Positions 1 through 10,500 of a DNA stretch of 64,000 bases are shown in pieces (positions within the stretch are counted from its first letter, which is position 1; the number at the start of each line of letters is the position of its first letter). Origin of the DNA: a virus (lineage: Duplodnaviria; Caudoviricetes); the IMG/VR virus record IMGVR_UViG_3300017766_003100, positions 96,001 to 160,000 of that record. One strand, 5' to 3'. Position numbers and translations under genes: made by a program. The notes below the pieces were generated by a model. That model was not told the DNA's origin, searched no databases, and worked only from the letters and a program-made list of their open reading frames with translations.

Positions 1-2985
1 CCATCTAGTTCGGCTTACTCAATAAATTATTTTGGTGTAATTTCAGGAGGTACTTATGATTCATTATCAGCATATACTGCAAGTACAAATGTATTTGGTG
101 TTGACAATGTAAGTTCAGATTTAGCTGATTATACTGCACCAATTAATGATACTTGGTATTATGCTACCTTTGATAATATTGGTGGTGGTGATTATTCAGG
201 TTATTCATTCTATAGTACGATTACTGGTTTAACTGAAACATCAGCTTTATCAAATTGTGCTTCATTCTATAGTTTTGAAGTTAGTTCAACAACAATTAGT
301 ACTGTGGTTGGGGCAATTAACTATAACACTAATACAATTAGTATTTGTTTACCATCAACAGCAACTACTGCAGATTATTCAGCAATGACCGTAACATTTA
401 GTGCTTGTACAACTGAAAGTTTAAGTGGCGTAAGTAGTAATGGGGTTGTTCAATCAGCAATCACAGAAAATGTAAACTTTAGTGCATTAACTAAGTCTTA
501 TACAATAACATCTGATGATTTAACGGCTACTTCTGCTTGGACAGTGAATGTAACAATAACAGACCCTTGTGGACTTTGTTCTTCAGGTAATACAGGTACA
601 ATACAATCAGGAACAACAACTTATTGTTATAGTGGTACTGTAATGGGTAAAATATTTGTTTACACTGGTGATTCTTATACTAATTACGATGACTTAGTAA
701 TTGCTACACTTCGTTCAAGAGGTATTGCAACATATAGTAATGATAATGGTGCAGTTTATGAGGTTCAAGATTTAAATGGTGTTTCACTTGATTGTACTGG
801 TTCTTACTCAGCGGTAACTAAAAATCCTTTTTCAACATTTGGTGTAAATGTTACAAGTAAAGATGGTGACACTTATTTCTTTGAAACATCATTCTCTAAT
901 TCTAATGTAAATTACATAGGAAAAGTTTTTGGATATTCAAACTTTGCAAAACCAAGAACTGTAGTTCCTCTATTCTTAGAAGAAAGATTCCAAACTTTAT
1001 TAAATTATGGATATAGAAAAGGTTACATTAGAGGTTTAAGTTGTGACTTAACTGCATTACCTGAGTCAAGAAATGGAGATTCTACTTCAATTGGTTGGTA
1101 TATGGAACAATATCAATCACCTGAATCACCTTGGGTTGTTTCTGAATTAAGAGGTAATAAAGTATTTAACCTATTTAAATTTATAACAATAGCTGATGGT
1201 GAATCTGCAAATACTGAAGTTAAAATTTCAATCGCTAACATTTCATTTAATAATGGGACATTTGATGTATTAGTAAGAGACTTTTTTGATAACGATTCAA
1301 ATCCAGTTGTGATTGAGAAATTCACTAATTGTACAATGAATCCAAACGAAAATAGTTTTATTGCTAAAAAGATTGGTACTAATGATGGTGAATATGAAAT
1401 GAATTCTAAATATATTATGATTCAAATCAACGAAGACGCTCCAATTGATGCTCTTCCTTGTGGATTTGAAGGTTACACATTTAGAGAATATGCTGGAGTA
1501 AAATCACCATTCCCAATTTATAAAACTAAGTACGATTTCCCTGGTGAAGTTATATACAATCCACCTTTTGGTTTAGCATCTGGTTCTGATGACGCAACAA
1601 GAAGTTCAGGTGATAACGTAAGAAGAACTTATTTAGGTTTATCTGATACACTTGGATATGATATTGATTTCTTTGGTTATAAAGGTAAACAAGTACCATT
1701 AAGTGTTTGTGATGATACATCAGGTAGTGATTGGGCGTTCAGAACTCAAGGTTTCCATATGGATATAAATGCTTCAGGTATTACAATACCTAACATTTAT
1801 ACATCAAGTGGTACATCTGCATTCCAAGTTGGTTCAGCACCATTTATTACAGACCCTGATAATGAATCAAATCCATATTACAGATTATTTGCACGTAAAT
1901 TCACTTTATTTGTAAATGGTGGTTTTGATGGATGGGATATCTATAGAGAATCAAGAACAAATACTGATAGATTTAGATTGGGTGGTGCAGGTTATTTAAA
2001 AGGTGCTTGTACATCAATAAGATACCCTAGTGCAACTGGTTTTGGAGCGTTCAAACGTATTACAGTTGGTAATAATAATCAAGATTTCGCAAACACAGAT
2101 TACTACGCTTACTTGTTAGGCCAACAAACATTTGCTAATCCTGAAGCTGTTAATATAAATGTATTTACTACACCTGGTATTGATTATGTAAATCATTCAA
2201 ATCTTGTAGAATCTGCAATTGAAATGATTGAATTTGATAGAGCGGATTCAATTTATATCTGTACAACACCAGACTACAATATGTTTGTACCTGTAACTAC
2301 AGATAACGCTGATTTGATTTACCCAACTGAAGCAGTTGATAATTTAGATACAGCTGGTATTGATTCTAACTATACTGCAACTTACTATCCTTGGGTTTTA
2401 ACAAGAGATACAGTAAACAATACTCAATTGTATATTCCACCAACAGCGGAAGTTTGTAGAAATCTTGCCTTGACTGATAACATTGCCTTCCCTTGGTTTG
2501 CTGCGGCAGGTTATACTCGTGGTATTGTAAATGGTATCAAAGCAAGAAAGAAACTTACACAAGAAGATAGAGATACCTTATATAAAGGTAGAATCAATCC
2601 AATTGCAACATTCTCAGACGTTGGAACTGTAATTTGGGGTAACAAAACTCTACAAGTTAGAGAGTCAGCATTAGATAGAATTAACGTAAGAAGACTTTTA
2701 CTTCAAGCACGTAAATTAATATCTGCAGTTTCTGTAAGATTATTATTTGAACAAAACGATGCTAAAGTTAGACAAGACTTCTTAGACGCAGTTAATCCTA
2801 TTTTGGATGCAATTAGAAGAGACAGAGGTTTATATGATTTCCGTGTAACAGTTTCTTCTGACCCTGCTGATTTGGATAGAAATCAACTTACTGGTAAGAT
2901 TTATATCAAACCAACCAAAGCATTGGAGTTCATCGATATTACATTCTATATCACTCCAACTGGTGCATCATTCGAAAATATCTAA
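1..2985 (+). CDS. Contractile tail sheath protein (T4 gp18-like), 5' truncated by window edge
   Basis: Frame of ORF 304..2985 is open back to base 1. The C-terminus has sheath motifs (PWFAAAGYTRG, INPIATFSDVGTVIWGNKTLQ, DRINVRRLL, IYIKPTKALEFIDITF). Confidence 0.93.
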   Translation, partial: PSSSAYSINYFGVISGGTYDSLSAYTASTNVFGVDNVSSDLADYTAPINDTWYYATFDNIGGGDYSGYSFYSTITGLTETSALSNCASFYSFEVSSTTISTVVGAINYNTNTISICLPSTATTADYSAMTVTFSACTTESLSGVSSNGVVQSAITENVNFSALTKSYTITSDDLTATSAWTVNVTITDPCGLCSSGNTGTIQSGTTTYCYSGTVMGKIFVYTGDSYTNYDDLVIATLRSRGIATYSNDNGAVYEVQDLNGVSLDCTGSYSAVTKNPFSTFGVNVTSKDGDTYFFETSFSNSNVNYIGKVFGYSNFAKPRTVVPLFLEERFQTLLNYGYRKGYIRGLSCDLTALPESRNGDSTSIGWYMEQYQSPESPWVVSELRGNKVFNLFKFITIADGESANTEVKISIANISFNNGTFDVLVRDFFDNDSNPVVIEKFTNCTMNPNENSFIAKKIGTNDGEYEMNSKYIMIQINEDAPIDALPCGFEGYTFREYAGVKSPFPIYKTKYDFPGEVIYNPPFGLASGSDDATRSSGDNVRRTYLGLSDTLGYDIDFFGYKGKQVPLSVCDDTSGSDWAFRTQGFHMDINASGITIPNIYTSSGTSAFQVGSAPFITDPDNESNPYYRLFARKFTLFVNGGFDGWDIYRESRTNTDRFRLGGAGYLKGACTSIRYPSATGFGAFKRITVGNNNQDFANTDYYAYLLGQQTFANPEAVNINVFTTPGIDYVNHSNLVESAIEMIEFDRADSIYICTTPDYNMFVPVTTDNADLIYPTEAVDNLDTAGIDSNYTATYYPWVLTRDTVNNTQLYIPPTAEVCRNLALTDNIAFPWFAAAGYTRGIVNGIKARKKLTQEDRDTLYKGRINPIATFSDVGTVIWGNKTLQVRESALDRINVRRLLLQARKLISAVSVRLLFEQNDAKVRQDFLDAVNPILDAIRRDRGLYDFRVTVSSDPADLDRNQLTGKIYIKPTKALEFIDITFYITPTGASFENI

Positions 2986-3003
2986 AATTAGATAAAAATA
3001 ATT

Positions 3004-3032
3004 GGGGGAGACAAAATCTCCCCCTTTTTTTT
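3004..3032 (+). terminator. Rho-independent terminator after sheath gene
   Basis: Perfect stem GGGGGAGA-CAAAA-TCTCCCCC followed by T8. Confidence 0.9.
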
Positions 3033-3042
3033 AATTAAGACA

Positions 3043-3049
3043 TATTTAT
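3043..3049 (+). promoter_or_regulatory. TATTTAT candidate late-promoter motif
   Basis: 4 nt upstream of ATG 3054; the same motif recurs before 16 gene starts. Confidence 0.6.
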
Positions 3050-3053
3050 TAAT

Positions 3054-3938
3054 ATGAAAAATACTATAATCAGAATTCTTAGAGAAATAGAAGAAAGAGA
3101 AATACCTATGAAGTATTACGCTTTCGATTGGGATGATAATCTAATGTATATGCCAACACAAATTTATTTATTAGATGATGATGGTGAAGAAGTTGGTATG
3201 GGTACTGAAGATTTTGCTGAACACAGAACAGAAATAGGTAAAACACCTTTTGAATATAAAGGTTTTACAATTGTTAATTTTGCACCAAATCCTTTTAGAG
3301 ATTTTAAAACCGATGGGGATGGTAAGTTTTTAAGAGATGTTATGAGTGCTGAACTTGCTGAGGATGCTGCTTGGCCTGATTTTGTTGAGGCAATTAATAG
3401 TGGGTCATTATTTTCAATAATAACAGCTAGAGGACATAGACCTAACACATTAAAAAGTGGGGTATTAAAATTAATTAATTCAAATAGAGGTGGAATTGAT
3501 TCTGATGAATTATATGCTTCTTTAGTAAGAATGAGAAAAAATGCTGGTGAAAAACCTAAAGATAAAGATACTGAAATTAAAAAGTATTTAGACTTATGTA
3601 GATTCTATCCTGTTACATATGGAGAAGGTTCTGCAGCAAATCCTGAAGTTGCTAAAATTTCAGCAATGAATAAGTTTAAAAGTTATGTTCAAGCTCAAGT
3701 TGATAAACTTAATATTAGATTATCCAAAAATATTGAAAATAAGATATCTAATAAATTTGTACCAATTATTGGATTTTCAGATGATGACCCAAGAAACATT
3801 GAAGCAATGAGTAAGGGTGTAAAGGATATTAAGATTTATTCAACACATGGTGGAAAGAAAAAATTATATAAAAGAGAAGAAGATGAATTACAATTAGAAT
3901 ATAAAATAAAAAGTATTATTAAAAAACTAATTAAATAA
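3054..3938 (+). CDS. HAD-superfamily phosphatase-like protein with possible head-targeting leader
   Basis: Motif I FDWDDNL (DxD), motif II-like IITARGH, motif IV-like FSDDD; N-terminus MKNTIIRILREI. Confidence 0.6.
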   Translation: MKNTIIRILREIEEREIPMKYYAFDWDDNLMYMPTQIYLLDDDGEEVGMGTEDFAEHRTEIGKTPFEYKGFTIVNFAPNPFRDFKTDGDGKFLRDVMSAELAEDAAWPDFVEAINSGSLFSIITARGHRPNTLKSGVLKLINSNRGGIDSDELYASLVRMRKNAGEKPKDKDTEIKKYLDLCRFYPVTYGEGSAANPEVAKISAMNKFKSYVQAQVDKLNIRLSKNIENKISNKFVPIIGFSDDDPRNIEAMSKGVKDIKIYSTHGGKKKLYKREEDELQLEYKIKSIIKKLIK

Positions 3939-3942
3939 TATA

Positions 3943-4050
3943 ATATTTATAATAATATTATATATAATAATAAATTCCTTATATAGAGGATATTTCATTT
4001 CAAAAAAAAGTAAATAGAAAAAAAATTCAAATTGGATATTTATAATAATA
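3943..4050 (+). promoter_or_regulatory. Two exact copies of ATATTTATAATAATA (3943-3957, 4036-4050), tandem candidate late promoters for tail tube
   Basis: Exact 15-nt direct repeat containing TATTTATA, upstream of ATG 4081. Confidence 0.6.
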
Positions 4051-4080
4051 AAACGAATAAAAATTTAAAAACAATATAAA

Positions 4081-4569
4081 ATGGCTGATTTATTAATGAA
4101 AATGCCGGTTCCATATGAACCAAAAAGACAGAATAGATTTATTTTAAGGTTTCCATCATCTTTGGGTATCAATGAGTGGTTTGTTGAGTCTGCAAAAAGA
4201 CCATCAATTAAAGTTAACTCAGTTGCTATTCCTTTCTTGAATACTTCAACATATGTTGCAGGACGTTTTGAATGGAATGAAATTGGTATTAAATTAAGAG
4301 ACCCTATCGGACCATCAGCGGCACAAGCAATTATGGAATGGATGCGTCTTTGTGCTGAGTCTGTAACTGGTCGTATGGGTTATGCCGCAGGTTACAAGAA
4401 AAATGTTGACTTGGAAATGTTAGACCCAACTGGTGTTGTTGTAGAAAAATGGATACTAGAAGGTACTTGGATGACAAGTGCTGACTTTGGTTCTCTTGGT
4501 TATAGTACTGATGCTTTGGCTGATATCAGTGTTAACTTAAGAATGGACCGTTGTATATTAGTTTACTAA
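4081..4569 (+). CDS. Tail tube protein (T4 gp19-like)
   Basis: 162 aa; EPKRQNRF, AGRFEW, YKKNVDLEMLDPTGVVVEKWILEG pattern of gp19-like tubes; position after sheath. Confidence 0.88.
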   Translation: MADLLMKMPVPYEPKRQNRFILRFPSSLGINEWFVESAKRPSIKVNSVAIPFLNTSTYVAGRFEWNEIGIKLRDPIGPSAAQAIMEWMRLCAESVTGRMGYAAGYKKNVDLEMLDPTGVVVEKWILEGTWMTSADFGSLGYSTDALADISVNLRMDRCILVY

Positions 4570-4591
4570 AAAATATTTTAACTTAAAATCT

Positions 4592-4631
4592 AATTCCTAA
4601 ATGTATTATGTACATTTGGGAATTTTTTTTT
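4592..4631 (+). terminator. Rho-independent terminator after tail tube
   Basis: AATTCCTAAATGTA-ttatg-TACATTTGGGAATT stem (one G.U pair) followed by a T run. Confidence 0.8.
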
Positions 4632-4651
4632 ATTATGTAAATAAAAAAACT

Positions 4652-5404
4652 ATGAATATTGAAGAAATTGGACAAGCTAATTTTAGTTTACCACACGATT
4701 TAGTACCACTTCCATCCCAAGGTATATTTTATAAATCAAAAAAGAAAGCAATCAAGGTTGGTTATTTAACTGCAAATGATGAAAACTTTTTGGTTAGTGG
4801 AAATCAAGTAAATGGTGGTAATATTATTTTAACTCTTTTGAGAAATAAAATATATGAACCAGATTTAAGACCTGAAGATTTATTGGAGGGTGATATTGAA
4901 GCTATCTTGATTTTTTTGAGAAATACGGCATTTGGTCCTGAATATCAAATATCTTTAACTGACCCTATTACTAACAAACAATTTTCAGCTGATTTATTAA
5001 TTGATGAATTAAAAATAAAACAAACAAAAGAAAAACCAGATGAAAATGGTTTTTTTACTACAAGACTTCCAAAAACTGGGTCAGTTGTTAAATTAAAACC
5101 ATTAACTTATGGTGAAATAGTTGAGTTGGATAAAATGGCAGAACAATATCCTAATGGTAGAGTAGTTCCTAAAATTACATGGAGATTAAATAAAATTGTT
5201 CAAGAAATAGATGGTGATAGTGATAGAACTAACATTGCACTTACTATTGAGAACTTACCAATAGCGGATTCAAAACATATAAGAAATTTTATAAAAGATA
5301 ATACACCATCATTAGATTTAAGTAAGACCCTCCAAGCCCCTTCAGGAGAAAAGGTAACATTTGATGTTACTTTTGGGACTGAGTTTTTTCGTCCTTTCTT
5401 CTAA
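4652..5404 (+). CDS. Tail assembly chaperone / baseplate hub assembly protein (T4 gp26-like)
   Basis: HDLVPLPSQGIFY and LLEGDIEAILIFLRNTAFGPEY patterns; lies between tube and tape measure. Start moved to ATG 4652 because ATG 4601 lies inside the terminator hairpin. Confidence 0.65.
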   Translation: MNIEEIGQANFSLPHDLVPLPSQGIFYKSKKKAIKVGYLTANDENFLVSGNQVNGGNIILTLLRNKIYEPDLRPEDLLEGDIEAILIFLRNTAFGPEYQISLTDPITNKQFSADLLIDELKIKQTKEKPDENGFFTTRLPKTGSVVKLKPLTYGEIVELDKMAEQYPNGRVVPKITWRLNKIVQEIDGDSDRTNIALTIENLPIADSKHIRNFIKDNTPSLDLSKTLQAPSGEKVTFDVTFGTEFFRPFF

Positions 5405-5546
5405 TCACCGACAATATCTTTTGGATGATTATTATATAATGGCTAAATTTTTAAGAACTAGTTGGAGTGATTTTTTATCAATACCAACTTATGCAAGAAA
5501 GTATTTAATAAATCTAATAATAGAACAAAATACCCCGAAAGACTAA
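5385..5546 (+). CDS. Short chaperone 'T'-like/gp51-like segment, probably fused to upstream ORF by frameshift
   Basis: Overlapping +1 frame encoding QYLLDDYYIMAKFLRTSWSDFLSIPTYARKYLINLII; no convincing start or RBS; T6 run at 5384-5389. Confidence 0.55.
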   Translation, partial: FFVLSSNHRQYLLDDYYIMAKFLRTSWSDFLSIPTYARKYLINLIIEQNTPKD

Positions 5547-5567
5547 TTCCAAAAAATTAGTCTTTTT
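5538..5567 (+). terminator. Hairpin/terminator at end of chaperone pair
   Basis: AAAGACTAATT-ccaaaa-AATTAGTCTTT followed by TT. Confidence 0.6.
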
Positions 5568-5570
5568 GTG

Positions 5571-5578
5571 TATTTATA
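5571..5578 (+). promoter_or_regulatory. TATTTATA candidate late-promoter motif
   Basis: 16 nt upstream of tape measure ATG 5595. Confidence 0.6.
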
Positions 5579-5594
5579 ATAAAAGTAAAAATAA

Positions 5595-7466
5595 ATGGGT
5601 GACGAAGATAAAAAGTTTGAAAATGTTTTTAAAGCTTTTGGTACTTATGCCGAAACTGTTGGTAAAGCGTTTGCTACCAATTTTATGGCAACCGAAATTG
5701 ATAAAACAATTAAACAATATGAGACCTCAGCCGTAAATGTATTAAAAACATTTGGTACAGGTAGAGACAGAATTGTTGAATTAAAGGCCTCTATGGCTGA
5801 TGCCGTAACAAGTGTTAAATTGTTAGGTGGAGAATTTACTGATGTTGCAAATATTGCTGAAGGTATTGGTAAATCACTTAATAGAAATTTAATTTTAACA
5901 AGCCAATCATATGAAAAATTATTTGCGACTCAAAAAGTAACTGGTATAGATGCTGGAACATTAGCAACTAATTTTAAAGATGCGGGGTATTCAGTATACC
6001 AAATTGGACAAAATATGGAAAAAGTTGTTAATACTGCAAGAGCACAAGGTATTAACGCAAGAGAAGTTTCATCCCAAGTTGTACAAAATATGGGATTGAT
6101 GGACAAATATAATTTTGCTGGTGGTGTTGAAGGTTTGGCAAAAATGGTTACACAAGCAACAAGTTTAAGAATTTCGGTTAGAGATATTGCTAATACAATG
6201 CAAAAAGCTTTTGAACCTGAAAGTGCAATTGAAATGGCAGCCGCATTACAAAGATTAGGTATGGCTCAAGGTGATTTATTAGACCCACTTAGATTAATGG
6301 ATTTAGCCCAAAATGACCCAGCGGAATTACAGAATCAAATTGCTGAAATGAGTAAAACATTTGTTGAATTCAATCAACAAACAAAAGCATTTGAAATAGC
6401 ACCTGGGGCTAAACGACAATTACAAGAGGTAGCACAAGCATTAGGTATGCAACCTGAAGCTTTTGCCAAGATGGCTAAGTCAGCAGCTGAGATGGATGAC
6501 AAGTTATCAAAAATTTCTTTCCCTAATACGTTTACAGAAGAACAAAAGAAATTTGTTGCCAATATGGCTGAGATGGGTGAAGGTGGTGAATATATGTTGA
6601 GAGTTGACAACAAAGACTTAAAACTTGATGAAGCTATGAAATTATTTGAGGGTGACTCAAAAAAACTAGAAAAGTTTATGAAAGAATCCCAACCAAAATC
6701 AATTGAAGACTTGGCTAAAGAACAATTAACAACTTCACAAAGAATGGCGGCAAACGTAAACGCTATTGCTAATAGAATGGGGGCGGCGGTTGCAAGTTCT
6801 GAAAGTCAAGAAATGGCAAATCAGGCAAGTGTTCAATTAAGTGAAGCTATTCCTAAAATGTTAAGTGGTGAAAAATTACAAGTTCAAACTATGAGAGAAT
6901 TTGGTGATAAAATGGCTCAAGATTTAATTAAAGATGCTCAATCGGGTAAATTAGTTGAAGGTTTAGGTAAAGCCGAAAAAGCTCAGGAAAATTATTTTAC
7001 TGGTGCATTAGATGATATGTCAACTGGAGTACAAACGGCATTTAAAGGTTTGAGTGAATCAACTAATCCTTTGATTCAAATAACAAGTAATTTAGTTGGA
7101 AAAATGGGAGACCTCATCATTAAAAATGAAAATTTAGATTCAAGTTTTTTTAAATTAAAAACTAGTGCTGATAACGCGGCAAATGGTTTAAGTAAAACAA
7201 GTACCGAAACTGCTAAAACAAATGTAAATGTTACACCACCACCACCAACAACTACGAAAGAAGAGATGAAATCACCATTAAAGAATAATGAAACTTCTAC
7301 GACAGAAATGAAATTTACTAATCCAATTGAAATAAAAGTTACATTGTCAGGATTCCCATCTGGTATGACAGAAGAAAATATTAAGAAAATGATAGAAGAG
7401 GGTAAATTCAGTCAAGAAATTGTTAAAGCAATAAGTGATGCTGAAAAACAAAAAACTAAACAATAA
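5595..7466 (+). CDS. Tape measure protein
   Basis: 623 aa, Ala/Lys/Gln-rich and predicted helical; follows tube and chaperone genes; length similar to T4 gp29. Confidence 0.75.
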   Translation: MGDEDKKFENVFKAFGTYAETVGKAFATNFMATEIDKTIKQYETSAVNVLKTFGTGRDRIVELKASMADAVTSVKLLGGEFTDVANIAEGIGKSLNRNLILTSQSYEKLFATQKVTGIDAGTLATNFKDAGYSVYQIGQNMEKVVNTARAQGINAREVSSQVVQNMGLMDKYNFAGGVEGLAKMVTQATSLRISVRDIANTMQKAFEPESAIEMAAALQRLGMAQGDLLDPLRLMDLAQNDPAELQNQIAEMSKTFVEFNQQTKAFEIAPGAKRQLQEVAQALGMQPEAFAKMAKSAAEMDDKLSKISFPNTFTEEQKKFVANMAEMGEGGEYMLRVDNKDLKLDEAMKLFEGDSKKLEKFMKESQPKSIEDLAKEQLTTSQRMAANVNAIANRMGAAVASSESQEMANQASVQLSEAIPKMLSGEKLQVQTMREFGDKMAQDLIKDAQSGKLVEGLGKAEKAQENYFTGALDDMSTGVQTAFKGLSESTNPLIQITSNLVGKMGDLIIKNENLDSSFFKLKTSADNAANGLSKTSTETAKTNVNVTPPPPTTTKEEMKSPLKNNETSTTEMKFTNPIEIKVTLSGFPSGMTEENIKKMIEEGKFSQEIVKAISDAEKQKTKQ

Positions 7467-7480
7467 AATCTAATAAATTC

Positions 7481-7488
7481 TATTTATA
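7481..7488 (+). promoter_or_regulatory. TATTTATA candidate late-promoter motif
   Basis: 13 nt upstream of ATG 7502. Confidence 0.6.
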
Positions 7489-7501
7489 TAAAAACAATTA
7501 A

Positions 7502-10500
7502 ATGTCAGATAGTACTTTATCATTTAGTAATAGTGCAAGTTTTAGAAATAGTTTAATAAGTAGAAATTTAGCACCTTATAATATACCTGGGTCGTATACA
7601 CCACCATCAGGTTCACAGAACTATGAATTTTCAGTTTCAAGTTATAATGTTGTTGATTCACCAAATGATTTAATAGCAAGTAATCCATTTGTTAATGATA
7701 ATGTTACATTGAATGAATATGGTCCGAACAATGGTTACCAACAAGTTATTGTAAATAATAATTTACCTGTTGACCCTAATCAGGGTGAATATAATCCAAA
7801 CGATACTGTTTTGGATTTGGTTAATGAATTTTATATTGATGCTGCGTATATTGAAAATAGATTTGGTCCTATAGGTGGATTTCAAAATATGGTTGTTATT
7901 GATAGTATTCAAAACAATAATAAGTTATATACACCATATTGGGACCCTCCCACATTTATACCTTCAACATATTCACCATATACGATATTATTATCTAATG
8001 ACCCATCAGGGTCTAATGGATTATTATCACAGGATTCATTTATTGCCAAACTGGGAGCACTTTCATTAAAAGATGCCCTCCAAGCAAGGATTGATTCCGA
8101 AATCTTTCAGAGAAGTGTTGGAGTCGTTAATCTTGATGCTTTATCAGACCCATTTGAGGTTGCATTATTGGCAACAGGAAAAGAACCTTTAATCTATAAA
8201 GATTATAGAATAACTATACCTGAAAACCCATTAGTTGCTGGGGCTGAATTAATAACAAGATTATCAGGAGCAATATTTCCTTTATCAACAATCCCTGGTA
8301 ATTATTTTTCTGATGTTGAACCAAGTGGTGGTTCGTCAAAACAAATTAGTAATGCTTTAAATGTTGTTAATCAACTTACGGGTGGATTTTTAGGACCGAT
8401 ATTAAACACTACAAGAAATCCTTCTGAATTGTTTTTGGCTAATACTGGAAATGGACAACGTTCAGTTTTATTCAGAAGTATTAGTTATAACAGATACCAA
8501 CCATCATATGATAAAAATTTTGGAGGTATTTTAGGTGCCACTCAAGGTGTTGTTAATTTGATTGCCAATGCTATCAATCCTGACAATGGAACTTTAGTTG
8601 GTGGATATTATGTGGGTTCAAGAAATGCTGAACCATCAACAATTACATCACCTCCAAATCAATTACCTGTTGACCCATTTGGTAAACAAGTACAAACACC
8701 AGTTTATGGTCCTTCTGAACTTGGTATTTTATATGAAGGTAATCAGAGTCAACTTAATTTTGGTTTAGCGGGTAAATCATTTTCAGATGAAGGTGGTATT
8801 GATGGTCAATTTGTTTGGACTTCACCTAAATATAAAGGTGCTGCAGGATTTAAGGCAACACCAGGTGGTGGTAAAGGTTCGATAGATAGTGAATTTAGAG
8901 AAATTGAATCTCAGTTTCAAAAAAATGAATCAACTAATATTACTTTTAAACAGAGTTCTATATTAGACCAAACTCAAAGATTAATTGATTCTGCTGATAA
9001 TGTAGCAGGAATATCAAAATTAAAACACGTTGGAAATGCAATTAATCAAGTTAGTAAAGTTTTTAATGATGGGTATAAAGAAATAACTAAAGGTTCAAAA
9101 GTTTTATCATATGTTGATAATACAACGGGACAAGAAGCTGGTATTGAATATTGTAGAGTTTTTACTAAAGATACTCCTTATTACACATATGCTGATTTAC
9201 AAAAAACTGATGGTATAACAGAATCAGGAAGAAGATTTACAAACTCAGTATTTGACAACACGTATAATCTTAATATTGCACCAATTAAAGGTGATAATTC
9301 AACTAATCTAAAATTAGATGCTAAAGGTAATTTAGTAGCTAAAAAATATATGTTTTCTATTGAAAATCTTGCTTGGAGAACATCAAGTAGACCTGGTTTT
9401 ACTTGGGATGATTTACCTGCTTGTGAGAAAGGTCCTAATGGAGGTAGAGTTATGTGGTTTCCACCATATGATTTAAAGTTCTCAGATTCAAGTTCTGCGA
9501 GTTTTACTCCTACTAGTTTTCTTGGGAGACCTGAACCTATTTATACTTATAAAGATACAAGTAGAAAAGGTAATATATCTTGGAAGATAATTGTTGATAA
9601 TCCATCAATAACAAATTTATTAGTAGACAAACAATTAAAAAATATTGATAACCCAAAAATTAATTCAATTATGGATTCTTTTTTTGCTGGTTGTGTAAAA
9701 TATGATATCTATGAATTAGCCAAAAAATTTAATACAATCCCATTATCTGATTTATACACTTACCAAGAAATATTAAATAATCCAAGATTAACTGGTGAAG
9801 AATATCAAAAAGTAGTTGAAGAAATACCTAAAAAACCTGATGATGGAAACAGTCAAGGTGGTGGAACTACTAATAAAAACGTTGAACCACAAGTTAAAGA
9901 TGACCCAAGAATACAAGAAATTAAAGATGCTTTTAATGGATTAGCATTTTATTTCTTTAATGATATACCAGGTCCTAACTTTGGTGCAGTATCAAATCAA
10001 GCGTATCAAGATACATATGCTGCATATACAGCACCAAGTTTTATTACACAATATCAATCACTTGCTAATAGTACATTTTCACCTGATTCTTCATATTGTA
10101 AAAAAAATGGTACAATAACTACAGCTGATGGTTCTTCTATTAGTAATAGTGAATATTGTACAAGACAAAAAAATACAACAGATTTCTTTAATAATGTTAT
10201 TAAACCAAATTATGAAAAATTTGCAACAAAAGAAGGTAATTTTGTAACTAAAGTATATCAATTACTATCTGAAAGCCCTGAAAACAAAATAACGTTGAAT
10301 ATGATTGGCTCGGCTTCAGCCCCTGGTAGTGTTGAATATAATGTTGATTTATCAAAGAGAAGAGTTGATTCAGTACTTAAATTTTTTGAAACCTACAAAA
10401 TAGGTGATGCAAATTTAAAAAAGTTCATAGATAATAAACAATTAATAGTTAAACCACCATCAACTGTGGGGGAAGTGATATCAATTCCTAAAACCGAAAC

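Noticed and set aside
4601-4651. N-terminal extension MYYVHLGIFFYYVNKKT of the chaperone ORF
   Set aside because: ATG 4601 lies in the stem of the tail-tube terminator; ATG 4652 with an A-rich leader is more plausible.
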